Shown one piece after another: positions 1 through 13,194 of a stretch of DNA of 64,000 nt (position 1 is its first letter; every line of letters begins with the position of its first letter). The DNA comes from an uncultured Bacilli bacterium (GTDB taxonomy: Bacteria; Bacillota_I; Bacilli_A; RF39; UBA660): positions 4,829 through 68,828 of the forward strand of contig CANRDB010000001.1 in assembly GCA_947629315.1 (NCBI GenBank). The letters are read 5' to 3'. The notes beneath the pieces were generated by a model, which searched no databases, was not told where the DNA came from, and saw nothing but the letters and a program-made list of their open reading frames with translations. Made by a program: the position numbers and the translations under genes.

Positions 1-1217
1 TTTCTTTTTTCTTGATGGATATCTAGTTCTAATCGTTTCATTTGAAGAAAATCAGTTGTTTTTACAACGGTTGAACCTACCTTTACCATCGCCTCCAAAG
101 GAATTTGAATAAGACAACCACTACTGGCCTCTTTCACTCTCTTTTTACCAAGATAAATGACATCTATTTCTTTTCCTACATCCTCTTTTCCTAAGATGCG
201 AATTCCATCCTGAACATGGATATCAGCAGACAATTTAATTTCTACGGTCGTCGGAGTTTTTTTGGTAACTACCCCTACCGGTACTCCCATATGATTGGGT
301 CTATATTCATTGATAAATTGGTGATAATCCTCATGAAATAAAAAGCCTTTTGTAAATCCTCTATTGAAGATCTGTAACAATTCTTCTTGATCTTGGGAAG
401 ATATCTCTATTTTTCCTGTTTGAACATAGGAGTCAATTGCTTTTCGATAAATAGAAGTAACCACATATACATATTCCGGTCTTTTCATTCTTCCTTCTAT
501 TTTGAAACTATCCACATGATTGTCAATTAAAGAAGAAAGATTTTCAAGAGTATTTAAATCTTTCGTACTTAATAAATAAGAATTGGTATTCTTTTTCTTA
601 CCATCCACAAGTAAATCGTAAGGTTGTCGACAACATTGTGCACAAGTTCCACGATTTCCACTTCTTCCTCCAATTAAACTACTCATTAAGCACTGACCAG
701 AATAGGAAATACAAAGGGATCCATGGATAAAGATTTCCATTTCTAAAGAAGTATGTTCCCGTATTTTTTTGACCAGTTCAATAGGTGTTTCTCGCGCTAA
801 TACCACCCGCTTGATTCCTAATTCTTCTAGTAGTTTTACACCCTCTAAATTGTGGACATGCATTTGGGTAGAAGCATGAATTTCTAACGAAGGATACAAT
901 TGATGAAGTAAATCCATCATACCTAAATCTTGGACAATTACCGCATCCGCAGAAATCGTTTGCAGAAACTCTACATATTCCAAAAAATGTTTTACTTCCG
1001 ATTCGTAGATTAAGGTATTAATAGTAACATATACTTTTACACCATATAAATGGGCATACGTAATGGCTTCTTTTAATTGTTGCTCATTAAAATTGGTCGC
1101 AAAACTACGCGCACCGTACAAATTTCCCGCTAAATAAACTGCATCACATCCACCTTGAATGGCAGCATACAAACTTTCCATACTACCTGCTGGCGCTAAC
1201 AACTCTGGCTTTTTCAT
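1..1217 (-). CDS. Peptidase U32 family protein (collagenase-like), C-terminus runs off the window start
   Basis: Own reverse translation from the ATG at 1217 gives MKKPELLAPAGSMESLYAAIQGGCDAVYLAG..., the typical U32 N-terminus. The frame stays open to position 1. It is absent from the ORF track because it is truncated. Confidence 0.8.
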   Translation of the reverse strand, partial: MKKPELLAPAGSMESLYAAIQGGCDAVYLAGNLYGARSFATNFNEQQLKEAITYAHLYGVKVYVTINTLIYESEVKHFLEYVEFLQTISADAVIVQDLGMMDLLHQLYPSLEIHASTQMHVHNLEGVKLLEELGIKRVVLARETPIELVKKIREHTSLEMEIFIHGSLCISYSGQCLMSSLIGGRSGNRGTCAQCCRQPYDLLVDGKKKNTNSYLLSTKDLNTLENLSSLIDNHVDSFKIEGRMKRPEYVYVVTSIYRKAIDSYVQTGKIEISSQDQEELLQIFNRGFTKGFLFHEDYHQFINEYRPNHMGVPVGVVTKKTPTTVEIKLSADIHVQDGIRILGKEDVGKEIDVIYLGKKRVKEASSGCLIQIPLEAMVKVGSTVVKTTDFLQMKRLELDIHQEKR

Positions 1218-1274
1218 AAGACATCTCCATTCCCTCTTATTATATAGAAAAAAAGAAGATTTGAAAACGTTTTT

Positions 1275-2099
1275 TCAATCTTCTTTGATATGATTTGTTA
1301 AAGGGGCAATCGTTAACCCACGCGATTCAATATAGGAAACAATATTTGGAAATTCCTCTAGGAATTGATTAGTCACTTCATACGTCAAAAAAGTCCCCGG
1401 CTTTAAAATTTTCTTGGTCGTCTGTAATGGTTTATGACGAATTACTTGCTCGGTAGTAATAGAATAATAGTGATAATCCTGACAGAGCGTATGGAGTTGT
1501 TCATCTTGTGTAGCGCTAAAGCAAAGGAGTGGTTCTTGTTGATAGGTAAGAAGTTTCTGTCTCATGGCAAGAAAATCTTTTTCTTGATGATCTGTTAAGA
1601 GAATTTGATGACCATTTTGAATAGCCTGTTCTATTACTTCAGATTGACTTTGAAATTGATAATTCTGTAATACCAAAGACACCTTATAATCGCCTAATTT
1701 CTCTAAAACAGAAGACAAATTTTTATGATCAGTCAGAAGGATGATACTCACCATTTTTTTCTTCGCATTGCCATAGGGAATCCATTTGTCTAAATAATTA
1801 TCTAAATTAGATACCGGTTTCGTCTTTACATACTGTAAATAATCTGGATTGTAAGTACCTATCTTTTGCATTTCTCGGTAGCTCGCATCTACATCTACTT
1901 TCATAGATGGCAGTCCTGGAACTACAAATGAGTCAAAAACTAAAGCATTTTCTCCTTCCTTTTGGTATTGATTTTGATCACTCTTAATTTGAACCATAAT
2001 ATCATCTACTTCTTTGACGACGGTAGCTGTTTGATTGGTTAAGAAAAAACTAAAACAAAGAAGCGCCAAAATCCCGATATATTCAAAAAAACGTTTCAT
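1275..2099 (-). CDS. Hypothetical membrane-anchored protein
   Basis: ORF track 1275..2135. The start is more likely MKRFFEYIGILALL at 2099, which follows an AGGTGG SD. It has an N-terminal TM segment and no motif I can name. Confidence 0.5.
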   Translation of the reverse strand: MKRFFEYIGILALLCFSFFLTNQTATVVKEVDDIMVQIKSDQNQYQKEGENALVFDSFVVPGLPSMKVDVDASYREMQKIGTYNPDYLQYVKTKPVSNLDNYLDKWIPYGNAKKKMVSIILLTDHKNLSSVLEKLGDYKVSLVLQNYQFQSQSEVIEQAIQNGHQILLTDHQEKDFLAMRQKLLTYQQEPLLCFSATQDEQLHTLCQDYHYYSITTEQVIRHKPLQTTKKILKPGTFLTYEVTNQFLEEFPNIVSYIESRGLTIAPLTNHIKED

Positions 2100-2188
2100 A
2101 AACCACCTACTAGAGTATATGAAAAAGGATATCATTTATCACTAATCACCAAAACAAAATCCCTGCATATTCTATTCATGAAAGGAGA

Positions 2189-2434
2189 ATGTCTATGTTT
2201 AACAATAGCAATAACATGGTTCCAAATCCTAGTATGCCAGTCTCTTACTCTCCTGCTGTCCAGGATGAACGTGTTGGGTTTTTGGGTCCATTCTTATTAG
2301 GAGGCATTACGGGAGGACTCGTTGCCCCTTTCTTCTATGGCGGAAATTATGGGGGAAACTACGGTGGTTATAACCCTCCATACTATACCAATAATTACTA
2401 CTACCCACCTTATCCATACTATGGACCTTATTAA
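2189..2434 (+). CDS. Small Gly/Tyr/Pro-rich low-complexity protein
   Basis: 81 aa ORF preceded by an AAAGGAG SD. The C-terminal half reads YGGNYGGNYGGYNPPYYTNNYYYPPYPYYGPY. Confidence 0.5.
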   Translation: MSMFNNSNNMVPNPSMPVSYSPAVQDERVGFLGPFLLGGITGGLVAPFFYGGNYGGNYGGYNPPYYTNNYYYPPYPYYGPY

Positions 2435-2532
2435 AAAGTACTGACATGGTAAACTAATTTACCAATCAATTTTTTTAGAAAGAAAATGGGTGGCGAAGAA
2501 CTGCACCAAAAAAGTCCAACCAATGGACTTTT

Positions 2533-3219
2533 TCATTTGCCTAAATATTGAAAAATTTGACTCATATCGACACTATATTCTTTATAGTTATGAGGATTAA
2601 CATACACTGGTACTTGTCTAATCTGATATTGATCTAAAACAGAATCAATTTCTTGAAAGAACCATTCACTTTGAAAGTGATAAAGGATTTGATTCTCAGG
2701 ATTTTGATACTGAGCTTCTAACCGATACGGATGTCTTCCATTAATCGTTACCTGCTCATCCAAAGATACATCCTCAATTTTTGCATAAATAATAAAATGA
2801 TAAGAAAAAATTCTTTTCTTTTTATAGGATATATAAATAGGAATCGATAAGAAGATACAACCGATTAGAGCAAAGATTCCACCGGAGAGAATAAAAACCC
2901 ATAGAGGTGCTTCCTTGATAGCGAACTCTACTATTCGATGGGGATTATTAGAGTCATAGTAGATGGTTATCTTCTCCCCCTCTTCCATCGAAGCAGAAGT
3001 AGGAAGTTTTTCTCTATAAATATCATCACCGATAGTGTATTGAACATATACAGAGCGATTGCCATTTTCATCCGTTTCCACTTTAGTCACAATGGCTTCT
3101 TTTTCAAGATAGGTACTCATCGACTTTTGAACGCTCCAAAAGGCAACCAACTCTATCGACCCTACGAGTACAAAAATAACCCCCATGAATGTTAATATTT
3201 GTTTCATACTATTCACCAT
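2533..3219 (-). CDS. Membrane protein, DUF3592-like
   Basis: N-terminal TM, then a beta-rich segment (VYVQYTIGDDIYREKL...ITIYYDSNNPHRIV), a second TM and a C-terminal domain. The architecture is typical of DUF3592 proteins. Confidence 0.5.
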   Translation of the reverse strand: MVNSMKQILTFMGVIFVLVGSIELVAFWSVQKSMSTYLEKEAIVTKVETDENGNRSVYVQYTIGDDIYREKLPTSASMEEGEKITIYYDSNNPHRIVEFAIKEAPLWVFILSGGIFALIGCIFLSIPIYISYKKKRIFSYHFIIYAKIEDVSLDEQVTINGRHPYRLEAQYQNPENQILYHFQSEWFFQEIDSVLDQYQIRQVPVYVNPHNYKEYSVDMSQIFQYLGK

Positions 3220-3257
3220 TATTAGTATACCATGATTTTTCTAAATAAAAAAGGAAG

Positions 3258-4811
3258 CTATTTTGCTTCCTCTGTTGCTCTAGTTTCTCGAATGACAGTA
3301 ACCTTGATAGTACCAGGATATTGTAACTTTTCCTCAATTTGATTTTTGATATCACGAGCCACTTTATGACTAGCTACATCATCAATCTCTTCTGGTTTTA
3401 CCACTACACGAAGTTCACGACCTGCCTGCATAGCATAAGCTTTATCAACTCCAGAGATATCATTAGCAATCTCTTCCAAATCATGAAGTCTTTGCACATA
3501 GTTCTCAAGAGAATCATTTCTAGCACCAGGTCTACTCGCAGATACAGCATCCGCAATCGCCACTAATTCCGAAATAACGGAAGTAGGTGCGGTATCCCCG
3601 TGATGAGATTCAATGGCATTGATAACAACACTATTTTCTTTATAGCGTTTAGCAAGAGAACTACCAATCTCGACATGGCTACCTTCCATTTCATGATCAA
3701 TGGCTTTTCCAATATCATGAAGTAAACCAGCTCTTTTAGCAAGCATGACATTCTCCCCTAACTCGGCAGCCATAATTCCCGCTAAATGAGCGACCTCAAT
3801 AGAATGGGTCAACACATTTTGACCATAACTGGTTCTAAAATGCAATTTTCCTAATGTCTCAATGAGTTCGGAATCCATCTTCGTAATTCCTAATTCAAAT
3901 AAGGCTGCTTCTCCATACTCTAATATCTTTGCTTTCATCTCTTTTGCCGTCTTATCGTATATTTCTTCAATTCGTGCGGGATGAATTCGACCATCTTTAA
4001 TTAACGTTTCAATCGTCACCCGTGCAATTTCACGACGTAATGGATCAAAACTAGAAAGAACAATTGCCTCTGGAGTATCATCAATAATTAAATCGACACC
4101 CGTTACAGCTTCAATCGTTCGTATATTTCGTCCCTCTCTACCAATAATTCGACCTTTCATGTCCTCACTTGGTAAATCGACTACCGTTACGGTTTGCTCT
4201 GAAGATACATCACTAGCATATCGTTGCATCGAAGAAATGAGCATACTTTTCGCATTTCGATCAGCCACTAATGCGGCTTCTGCCTCTTGCTCCTTAATAT
4301 AAGTAGCAATTTCTAATGACATCTCTTCTTCTACTTTTTTCATGACAATTTCTCTAGCTTGTTCTTGATTATATCCTGCAATTTTTTCCAGTAACTCATA
4401 TTGTTGTTTTTTTATTTCTTCCACTTTTGCTTGTTCGTCTTGGATATCATTTTGTTTACTAATAAGATTATTTTCTTTCTCCTCTAAAAGATTTTCCCGA
4501 TTTTGAAGAGACTGATCCCGTCTATTAATATTCTCTTCACGAGAATCCAAGCGTTGCTCTGTCTTCTTTAATTCATTTTTTCTCTCGCGAATCTCTTCCT
4601 CGGCTTTTTTCGTAAGTTGGTTAGCTTCCTCTTTCGCTTCCGCTAAATAATCTTTTTTTATTTGTTCTGCCTCTAATTTGGCATTTCCTAATAAATCTTC
4701 CACTTTCTCAGCTGTCTTTATATTCCGTACATAATGGAAGATAAACATTACAATTATTCCAACAACAAGTCCTGCTAGGACTAGCAAAATGGAGATTAAA
4801 ATATCTGGCAT
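3258..4811 (-). CDS. rny: Ribonuclease Y
   Basis: N-terminal TM, a long coiled coil, a KH segment ([12 protein letters not shown]) and an HD domain (LLHDIGKA...ESHHG). The likely start is MPDIL at 4811, after a GGAGG SD. Confidence 0.9.
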   Translation of the reverse strand: MPDILISILLVLAGLVVGIIVMFIFHYVRNIKTAEKVEDLLGNAKLEAEQIKKDYLAEAKEEANQLTKKAEEEIRERKNELKKTEQRLDSREENINRRDQSLQNRENLLEEKENNLISKQNDIQDEQAKVEEIKKQQYELLEKIAGYNQEQAREIVMKKVEEEMSLEIATYIKEQEAEAALVADRNAKSMLISSMQRYASDVSSEQTVTVVDLPSEDMKGRIIGREGRNIRTIEAVTGVDLIIDDTPEAIVLSSFDPLRREIARVTIETLIKDGRIHPARIEEIYDKTAKEMKAKILEYGEAALFELGITKMDSELIETLGKLHFRTSYGQNVLTHSIEVAHLAGIMAAELGENVMLAKRAGLLHDIGKAIDHEMEGSHVEIGSSLAKRYKENSVVINAIESHHGDTAPTSVISELVAIADAVSASRPGARNDSLENYVQRLHDLEEIANDISGVDKAYAMQAGRELRVVVKPEEIDDVASHKVARDIKNQIEEKLQYPGTIKVTVIRETRATEEAK

Positions 4812-4963
4812 ACTTAACTCCTCCATTTCTAAATATCAAGTGATTATCAACCACTCTAGTAATATTGTAAAATGGATTGCTTAATAAGTCAAGAAAAAAG
4901 TACAGGAGCTCATGTCTTTTTTAGTGAAAAAGACAAAAGAAAAGCAAAAGAATCACTTATCGT

Positions 4964-5986
4964 TTATTCTTCTGCTCCACCGATTGCAAGAGTGTCATGA
5001 CTAGCATAATATTCTCTTACTTTCGCTTCAATCTCATCCTTTTTATCAGGATTTTTCTTTAACCATTCCTTTACATTTTCTTTACCTTGCCCTACTTTTT
5101 CACCTTCGTAAGCATACCAAGAGCCACTTTTCTCTAAAATACCTGCTTCGGCTCCTAAATCGACAAGTTCACTAGTTATCGAAACTCCCTCACCATACAT
5201 AATATCAACTGTACAAGTTTTAAAAGGAGGTGCCATCTTATTCTTAACAACTTTAATATTGGCTTTATTACCAATAATGTCAGTACCTAACTTAATTTGT
5301 TCCCCTCTTCTAATTTCAAGTCGCACAGAGGCATAAAACTTTAAAGCACGTCCACCAGGAGTTGTCTCAGGATTTCCATACATCACGCCGACTTTTTCAC
5401 GCAATTGGTTAATGAAAATACAAACCGTATTGGTTTTATTGATGACACCAGACAATTTTCGCAATGCCTGACTCATCAAACGAGCTTGTAAACCAACGTG
5501 AGAATCTCCCATCTCTCCCTCGATTTCTGCTTGAGGAACTAAAGCGGCAACAGAGTCAATTACGATAACACTAATAGCACCACTACGAACAAGTGCTTCA
5601 CAAATCTCCAATGCTTGTTCTCCATTATCGGGTTGACTCAATAATAACTCGTGAATATCTACCCCTATTTTAGCAGCATATTGTGGGTCTAAAGCATGTT
5701 CAGCATCGATAAAAGCAGCACGTCCACCTCTCTTTTGAGCCTCCGCAATGGCATGAAGCGCAAACGTTGTTTTACCACTAGATTCAGGCCCGTAAATTTC
5801 AATAATTCTTCCCTTGGGATAACCACCAATTCCGAGGGCAGCATCTAACGATACTGAACCACTAGGAATGGTATCGATTTTCTGATGTTCATGTTCTCCT
5901 AATTTCATCACAGCACCTTTACCGAATTGCTTTTCAATATCTGCCATGACTTGATCAAGTGTTTTATCACCAGATGTCTTTACCAT
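4964..5986 (-). CDS. recA: Recombinase A
   Basis: Walker [10 protein letters not shown], and canonical RecA sequence throughout ([24 protein letters not shown]). Confidence 0.95.
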   Translation of the reverse strand: MVKTSGDKTLDQVMADIEKQFGKGAVMKLGEHEHQKIDTIPSGSVSLDAALGIGGYPKGRIIEIYGPESSGKTTFALHAIAEAQKRGGRAAFIDAEHALDPQYAAKIGVDIHELLLSQPDNGEQALEICEALVRSGAISVIVIDSVAALVPQAEIEGEMGDSHVGLQARLMSQALRKLSGVINKTNTVCIFINQLREKVGVMYGNPETTPGGRALKFYASVRLEIRRGEQIKLGTDIIGNKANIKVVKNKMAPPFKTCTVDIMYGEGVSITSELVDLGAEAGILEKSGSWYAYEGEKVGQGKENVKEWLKKNPDKKDEIEAKVREYYASHDTLAIGGAEE

Positions 5987-6083
5987 AAATCTTCCTCCTT
6001 CAATCTTTCATGTCTTCATTATACTACTGGATATTTTTCTTGTCAATAGTTTTCGCGAACAAATGTATGTAATTTTTGTATCT

Positions 6084-6602
6084 TTATTTTTCCACTTTTT
6101 CTATTTTATCAACACGATACTTATGCATTTTTTTATATTGGCGCAATTTTGTAACCCAAAAATAAAAAACTGCTAAATAAAGACTATTCCACAAGATAGA
6201 AGAAACAATGCTTTGAAAATAAATGGACCATTGCCACATAGACATTCCTAAAAGAACAAAGAACACCGCTAGTACAGTACGATATAACCATATAATAGTC
6301 ATGCCGACTAAATAGGTATTCATAAAATCTATCGCTATATAGTGAAAAATCGTATGAACAAGGTAACTCACTCCTAAAAAAAGCAAAGCATGTAAAAATA
6401 AGGTATTCGTATAAGAAATATCATATAGAGCACCCAAGAGAAAAGCAATGCTATAATAAAACTTTTTAGATTGCCGAAAATAAGGATAAATAATAACTAG
6501 CGATAATAAAGTACAGAGAGGTTGCAATACTGTATGAGGCGAAACTGTACATAAAAGTATATCATCTAGTAGAAAAGACGACAATAAGACGATATAAATC
6601 AC
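6084..6602 (-). CDS. mreD: Rod shape-determining protein MreD-like
   Basis: 172 aa polytopic membrane protein whose start overlaps the mreC stop by 4 nt, the conserved position for mreD. Confidence 0.6.
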   Translation of the reverse strand: MIYIVLLSSFLLDDILLCTVSPHTVLQPLCTLLSLVIIYPYFRQSKKFYYSIAFLLGALYDISYTNTLFLHALLFLGVSYLVHTIFHYIAIDFMNTYLVGMTIIWLYRTVLAVFFVLLGMSMWQWSIYFQSIVSSILWNSLYLAVFYFWVTKLRQYKKMHKYRVDKIEKVEK

Positions 6603-7450
6603 GAAGCATCGACCTCCCGAACCAAAACAGTAACAAACGACAAATCTCCCGTAGAAGCACTTGGTTTTACAGAAACCTCTTTTGCTAAATCAAAACTATC
6701 CGTCGATACATCTTGAACGGTACCAATGAATAAACCGCTTGGAAAACGATCACTTAATCCCGTCGTCGTCACTTTCGCACTGATTGGAATATCAACATAA
6801 TCACTAATTCCCTCAATTTTATAAGTTTGCGTCTTCGCATCATAACCAGTCAATAAACCATACGCATATTTTCCTTTTGTCAATTCTATTTTCACAGATA
6901 CCTGATTCTCCAAATGTGGACTAGTTAACAACTTCACCGTACTCGTATGGGCACTAGTTTGGGAAATATAACCAATCACACCACCATTTCCCATAACCGC
7001 CATATCTACCTGAAGACCATCTTTCTCTCCTTTATTAATCGTAAATGAAGATAACCAATAAGTGGCATCTCTACCGATAACAGAAGCATGAACCACTTGA
7101 TATTGAGATAAAGAAGCATCCATTTCTAACAATTTTTTCAATTCTTCATTTTCCTTGGTCAATTCCTCAATCGTCGCTCTATTTTGTTCTTCCGATTGAT
7201 AGTCCCGCTCTAACTGTTCATGTTCTTCCACCAATTGATCGTATTTGGAAAAGAACGATAACTTATCTTGAAGAAATCGAACGGGTGTCGCAAAAATATT
7301 TCCTACTACCAAGACCGTATCTTTCACACCTTTTTCAATCCAAGATAATTTTCTATTTACAGAAATAGAATAAGCCGTAACTCCTAATAGGAATGTAATG
7401 ATAACGATCCCAATGATACCGTACTTTTTCCAGTTCTTTTGAAATTTCAT
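6599..7450 (-). CDS. mreC: Rod shape-determining protein MreC
   Basis: N-terminal TM, a coiled coil (ENEELKKLLEM) and beta-barrel repeats (GNGGVIGYISQTSAHTSTVKLLT, FPSGLFIGTV). Confidence 0.8.
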   Translation of the reverse strand: MKFQKNWKKYGIIGIVIITFLLGVTAYSISVNRKLSWIEKGVKDTVLVVGNIFATPVRFLQDKLSFFSKYDQLVEEHEQLERDYQSEEQNRATIEELTKENEELKKLLEMDASLSQYQVVHASVIGRDATYWLSSFTINKGEKDGLQVDMAVMGNGGVIGYISQTSAHTSTVKLLTSPHLENQVSVKIELTKGKYAYGLLTGYDAKTQTYKIEGISDYVDIPISAKVTTTGLSDRFPSGLFIGTVQDVSTDSFDLAKEVSVKPSASTGDLSFVTVLVREVDAS

Positions 7451-7454
7451 CCTC

Positions 7455-8165
7455 TCACCTAACTTCTTCCTGTATTTTATTCTCTAAAAAACTATAATAG
7501 TTATGCTTTCCTATAATAATATGATCCAACATTTTTATTCCTAAGATTTCTCCTACTTGTTCTAATTTTTCGGTCAATTCTATATCTTCCCGACTTGGAA
7601 GAACATTCCCAGAGGGATGGTTATGACAACAAATAATCGCACTAGCAGAAACGCGATAAGCTTCTTTAAAAATCTCTCTTGGATGAACCACACTATAATT
7701 AATAGTTCCTACAAAAAGTTGTTTATCGCCAATAATCTGTTTAGCAGTATCTAGATAAACAACATAAAAATATTCCTGTTTCTTATTCCCTATCCGAGGG
7801 CGATAATATTCATAGACCATTTGACTACTCGTTAATTTTTGATGCTTGATATCGGTCTGTTCTCTCTCCATACGACGCGAAAGTTCTAGAGATGCCAACA
7901 ACGTACAAGCTTTTGAACGACCAATCCCTTTCATGTCCACTAACTGCTCATACGATAACTCTGCTAGTGCAGGAAGAGAATCCACTTTTTTCAACAATTG
8001 ACATGCCAAATCTTTAGAAGACTGATTCTGATAACCCGTCTTCAACAAAATAGCCAATAATTCTTCATTGGATAAGTTCTCTACTCCATAATGTTCTAAT
8101 TTTTCATAAGGCCTTTCTAATACCGGTAATTCTCTAATCTTCACTACCATTGACATATTCCTCAT
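7455..8165 (-). CDS. radC: RadC-like JAB domain protein
   Basis: HhH region (LSNEELLAILLKTG) and the JAMM motif HNHPSGNVLPSREDI. The true start may be an internal Met at 8150-8156. Confidence 0.85.
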   Translation of the reverse strand: MRNMSMVVKIRELPVLERPYEKLEHYGVENLSNEELLAILLKTGYQNQSSKDLACQLLKKVDSLPALAELSYEQLVDMKGIGRSKACTLLASLELSRRMEREQTDIKHQKLTSSQMVYEYYRPRIGNKKQEYFYVVYLDTAKQIIGDKQLFVGTINYSVVHPREIFKEAYRVSASAIICCHNHPSGNVLPSREDIELTEKLEQVGEILGIKMLDHIIIGKHNYYSFLENKIQEEVR

Positions 8166-8598
8166 ATTTTTCTAAAATTTGACTACTGATAGAAGAAATA
8201 ACAACCCCATCATCTGTACCTTGTAAAATCATATCATAATTTTGTAGAGACTTTAAAAACGTTGGATTGGTAACCAAAAACTCTTCTGTAATCGTATGAT
8301 AACCAATAGAACTAAAATAATTATTCATTTTAATCAAGTTGTCAGCATCTTTCGTAATACCGATATAGACATCATATTGACCATTGTTTTCTCGATAGAT
8401 ATAGTTCGTTAACGATAGTGTTTTTTTCTCCATCTCTTCTAAAGAATCATACGTATCATAACGAATAAAATAGAGCATCTCCCCAGAGTTGGAAGTCAAT
8501 TCAAGTCCACGGAAAGATTCATATTGTTCTAGAAATGTTTTTGCTAGAAAAAAACCGACGATTAATGCAATGAATATGGATAAAAAGTATTTTTTCAT
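8134..8598 (-). CDS. Hypothetical membrane-anchored protein
   Basis: Likely start MKKYFLSIFIALIVGFF at 8598 after a GGTGA SD. Single TM plus a small soluble domain. Confidence 0.45.
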   Translation of the reverse strand: MKKYFLSIFIALIVGFFLAKTFLEQYESFRGLELTSNSGEMLYFIRYDTYDSLEEMEKKTLSLTNYIYRENNGQYDVYIGITKDADNLIKMNNYFSSIGYHTITEEFLVTNPTFLKSLQNYDMILQGTDDGVVISSISSQILEKYEEYVNGSED

Positions 8599-8733
8599 AA
8601 TATCACCATATTTATTGTATGTCCTCAAACTGTCCAAAAATGTCGAATATAGGTCGAATTATTCAATATAGTAGTATAGCGATTTCCTCCTGCAAAGTCA
8701 ATTATTTTCAAGAAAAAAAGTCGACATTGTCGA

Positions 8734-11040
8734 CTACTCTTCTGAAGAATCTTTATCTCCATATTTCACAAGTACTTCTCTTGGTTTAGAACCATTCTGT
8801 GGTCCTATAATTCCTCGCTCTTCTAATAGGTCAATACAACGAGCTGCACGGTTATATCCTAAACGGAATCTTCTTTGTAATAAAGAAGTACTGGCTTTTC
8901 CCTGTTCTACTACAAAATCTACAATTTCATCATAGAGAGGCTCTTCCATCGCATCTGATTTACTTTCCACACCCGTAATAGCATGCTCCTCTTCTATGGT
9001 CTGTTCTAAAGATTTATCATAATTTGCTTTCTGTTGTTTACATACGAAATCAACAATAGCTTTCGTTTCTTCTTCAGAAATAAATGTTCCTTGAATACGA
9101 ATAGGAGTATTAACACCTTGTGGTAAAAAGAGCATATCTCCTTTTCCTAACAATTTTTCCGCACCAATCATATCCAAAATGGTACGAGAATCGATACCAG
9201 AAGATACGGCAAAGGAAATACGAGAAGGAATATTAGACTTAACAACTCCTGTAATAACATCAGTGGATGGACGTTGCGTCGCTACAATCAAGTGAATTCC
9301 TGCTGCCCGCGCCATTTGCGTAATTCTCATGATAGAATCTTCTACTTCTTTAGCAGCTACTAACATCAAATCCGCTAACTCATCGATAATAACGACAATG
9401 TATGGCATCAATTTTACCTTTTCCTCATCTGGCTTTGACTCATTTTCTTTCATCAAATGCTCATTATAACTGGTGATATTCTTGGTCCCACTACGTTCAA
9501 AAATATCATAACGATTCTCCATCTCAGCCACTATTTTTTGTAAGACAATATTGGCTTTTTTAGGATCTGTGACAACTGGCGTTAATAAGTGAGGAACCCC
9601 ATTATAGACGGATAATTCTACTTTTTTAGGGTCCACTAAAACAAGTTTCACTTCATCTGGTTTTGTACGCATCAAGATAGACGCTAAAATACTATTAATA
9701 CAAACAGACTTACCACTACCAGTAGAACCTGCTACCAATAAGTGAGGCATTTTATTAATTTCTAGGAATCGACATTCTCCTTCAATATCTTTTCCTAATA
9801 CTGCCAATAATTTTTTATCTAAAGATTTATCTTCCTCATTAGCTTTTAAAAGTACTTCTCGTACACCAACCATGGAAATGGTAGGGTTTGGAAGTTCAAT
9901 ACCAACCGTATTCTTACCAGGAATAGGCGCTTGAATACGAACATCTTTGGCCGCTAACGAAAGAGCAATCTCACGGTTAAGACCTAATATCTTACTAACC
10001 CTTGTACCCGCTTTAATCTCTAACTCATATTGAGTTACAGCAGGACCGACTTTCGCACGAACTACTTTTCCCTCAATTCCAAAATCTCTTAGTACTTGTT
10101 CTAGAGTTGGAATATTTTTCTTAATTGCCTCTTGATTTTCCTTATTACTATTTTTCGTTGTCTTATTCAAAAGATTCAATGGTGGATATTCCCAATGAGT
10201 ATTTTCTTCATAGACTTCGACTCTCGTCACTTCTCCCGTCTCTTCATCGACAACCGGTTCCATCTTTGTTTGATGCACTTCTTCTCTTGGGATAACACGA
10301 CGATTATCTTCCTCTACCTTATCATCATCCTCAGATTCATCCTCTTCGTCCTCTGATTCCTCCTCTTCCTCATCGTCATCATCAGCCTCTTCATGCTTAC
10401 GACTAGAGTGTTCCGCAATTTTATGCATCTTTTCCTTAGCCTTCATCAAGGTATCATAAATAGAGATACCTGTAAACATAATGAATCCGCAAATCATCAG
10501 AGCAATCGATACGACAATCGTACCATCTAGTGTTAAAAGAGCAACAAACAAGCTAGAGAAAATCGCACCAATTACTCCCCCTCCTAAATTAGACATAGAA
10601 GAAATGAGAGTATTGCCTTCGCTTTTGACAAAGTGCATAACACTATCAATGGTCTCAGAAACAACCGTCGTCGTATCTTTTACCAATTGAAAATGTTTGA
10701 CATCAATATTCTCTAAATGATTTAAATATGCCGTATGTGATAAAATTAACGCACAAATGAGCATAATATAAAGCCCTAAAAATTTAACATTTAAAAAGTC
10801 TGGACGTTCCCGACGGATAATCATAAAAATACCACAGATTCCTACTACAACTAGTAAAATTGCCCACCAAGTTCCCACTAAGAAAGCAGCAAACCCTTTA
10901 ATGATATCCGCAACAATTCCAAAAGGACAACATCCAATAATCGCAATTAATACTAAACCAAAACCTTTTAGTTCTGACAAATTTGTAGATTTTTCCTCTT
11001 TTGCTTTTTTCTTTTGTTTCTTCTTTTCCATCGTCATCAC
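8734..11040 (-). CDS. ftsK: DNA translocase FtsK/SpoIIIE
   Basis: N-terminal TM helices, an acidic linker, the motor domain with Walker A GSTGSGKS, and a C-terminal winged-helix gamma domain ([21 protein letters not shown]). Confidence 0.9.
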   Translation of the reverse strand: MMTMEKKKQKKKAKEEKSTNLSELKGFGLVLIAIIGCCPFGIVADIIKGFAAFLVGTWWAILLVVVGICGIFMIIRRERPDFLNVKFLGLYIMLICALILSHTAYLNHLENIDVKHFQLVKDTTTVVSETIDSVMHFVKSEGNTLISSMSNLGGGVIGAIFSSLFVALLTLDGTIVVSIALMICGFIMFTGISIYDTLMKAKEKMHKIAEHSSRKHEEADDDDEEEEESEDEEDESEDDDKVEEDNRRVIPREEVHQTKMEPVVDEETGEVTRVEVYEENTHWEYPPLNLLNKTTKNSNKENQEAIKKNIPTLEQVLRDFGIEGKVVRAKVGPAVTQYELEIKAGTRVSKILGLNREIALSLAAKDVRIQAPIPGKNTVGIELPNPTISMVGVREVLLKANEEDKSLDKKLLAVLGKDIEGECRFLEINKMPHLLVAGSTGSGKSVCINSILASILMRTKPDEVKLVLVDPKKVELSVYNGVPHLLTPVVTDPKKANIVLQKIVAEMENRYDIFERSGTKNITSYNEHLMKENESKPDEEKVKLMPYIVVIIDELADLMLVAAKEVEDSIMRITQMARAAGIHLIVATQRPSTDVITGVVKSNIPSRISFAVSSGIDSRTILDMIGAEKLLGKGDMLFLPQGVNTPIRIQGTFISEEETKAIVDFVCKQQKANYDKSLEQTIEEEHAITGVESKSDAMEEPLYDEIVDFVVEQGKASTSLLQRRFRLGYNRAARCIDLLEERGIIGPQNGSKPREVLVKYGDKDSSEE

Positions 11041-11096
11041 CTATATTATAAGTATACCATAAAATCAGGCCGTAGAGAAGAAAAAAGAAAATAGAA

Positions 11097-11273
11097 TTAA
11101 CTATTTTCTGCTCTATTTTCAGTATCGTTTAAATTATCATTGTATATTTCATAAATTTTAGGTCCAAATAATACAGCAATCAAAACAATAATAATTACAA
11201 TAATAATAAACTTTGGCGCTGGATTTTTCATATGTGGGTCTCTTCTACTACCCATATTGTCATGTGCTGGCAT
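11097..11273 (-). CDS. Small single-TM protein (58 aa), start 1 nt after the eno stop
   Basis: Own translation: MPAHDNMGSRRDPHMKNPAPKFIIIVIIIVLIAVLFGPKIYEIYNDNLNDTENRAENS. It falls below the ORF-track size cut-off. The ATG at 11273 is adjacent to the eno TAG at 11275-11277. Confidence 0.3.
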   Translation of the reverse strand: MPAHDNMGSRRDPHMKNPAPKFIIIVIIIVLIAVLFGPKIYEIYNDNLNDTENRAENS

Positions 11274-11274
11274 A

Positions 11275-12516
<1,242 letters not shown>

Positions 12517-12615
12517 CTACGATTTCATTTTATCATATTTTTCTATAAAAAAGAAGATTTTCATCATATTCCTCAAAATTTTTTCATACACTTTATTGAA
12601 AAAAGGAGGAAACAG

Positions 12616-13113
12616 ATGATAAACAAAAAAGGAGTTTGGTTTTTAACATTATTCAGTTTAATTTTAGTTCTAAGTGTCTACTATATCACCATGCCACCAG
12701 AATTACTTGTCACTAGTAAAAAAAATCCATCTAATGACAATTCCCAACCAGTTGCCAATATGGAAGAAAGCAGTATCCTTGTCGCATTAAGAGTAGAAGC
12801 AGATGAAACAATGGAAGAAGAACTATCCTCTTTAAAGAAAATCATCAGCAATGCCGAGAGTTCTGTAGAAGATAAGAATAAAGCATTTGAAAAAATCAAA
12901 GAACTGAATTCTAATCGCAGTGCGGAAGAAAATCTAGAATCCAAAATTGAATCTACTTATCAACTCCAATCATTTGTCAAAATTAATGGCAATGTCATCG
13001 AGGTCATCGTTCACAAAAGTGAACACGACAGCAAATTGGCAAATGATATCATGAGAACCATTCAAGAAGAATTTGATACCTCTAAAAATATTACTGTGAA
13101 ATTTCAAAAATAG
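12616..13113 (+). CDS. SpoIIIAH-like sporulation protein
   Basis: N-terminal TM, a Glu-rich helical region (LRVEADETMEEELSSLKKII...EENLESKIES) and a C-terminal beta domain (VKINGNVIEVIVHKSE). This matches the SpoIIIAH family layout. Strong AAGGAGG SD. Confidence 0.5.
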   Translation: MINKKGVWFLTLFSLILVLSVYYITMPPELLVTSKKNPSNDNSQPVANMEESSILVALRVEADETMEEELSSLKKIISNAESSVEDKNKAFEKIKELNSNRSAEENLESKIESTYQLQSFVKINGNVIEVIVHKSEHDSKLANDIMRTIQEEFDTSKNITVKFQK

Positions 13114-13194
13114 GCAGAATGAGACACCAAACAAATTTTTTCTCATAAAATACTATGAATATGATAAACCACCCTATCAGGAAGTGAGGGAGCA

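Noticed and set aside
3339-3751. Short ORFs (75 aa plus strand, 62 aa minus strand) inside rny, and similar small ORFs inside ftsK, eno, polA and the ABC transporter gene
   Set aside because: They are fully nested in strongly supported genes in other frames or strands, have low-complexity translations, and lack SD sequences.
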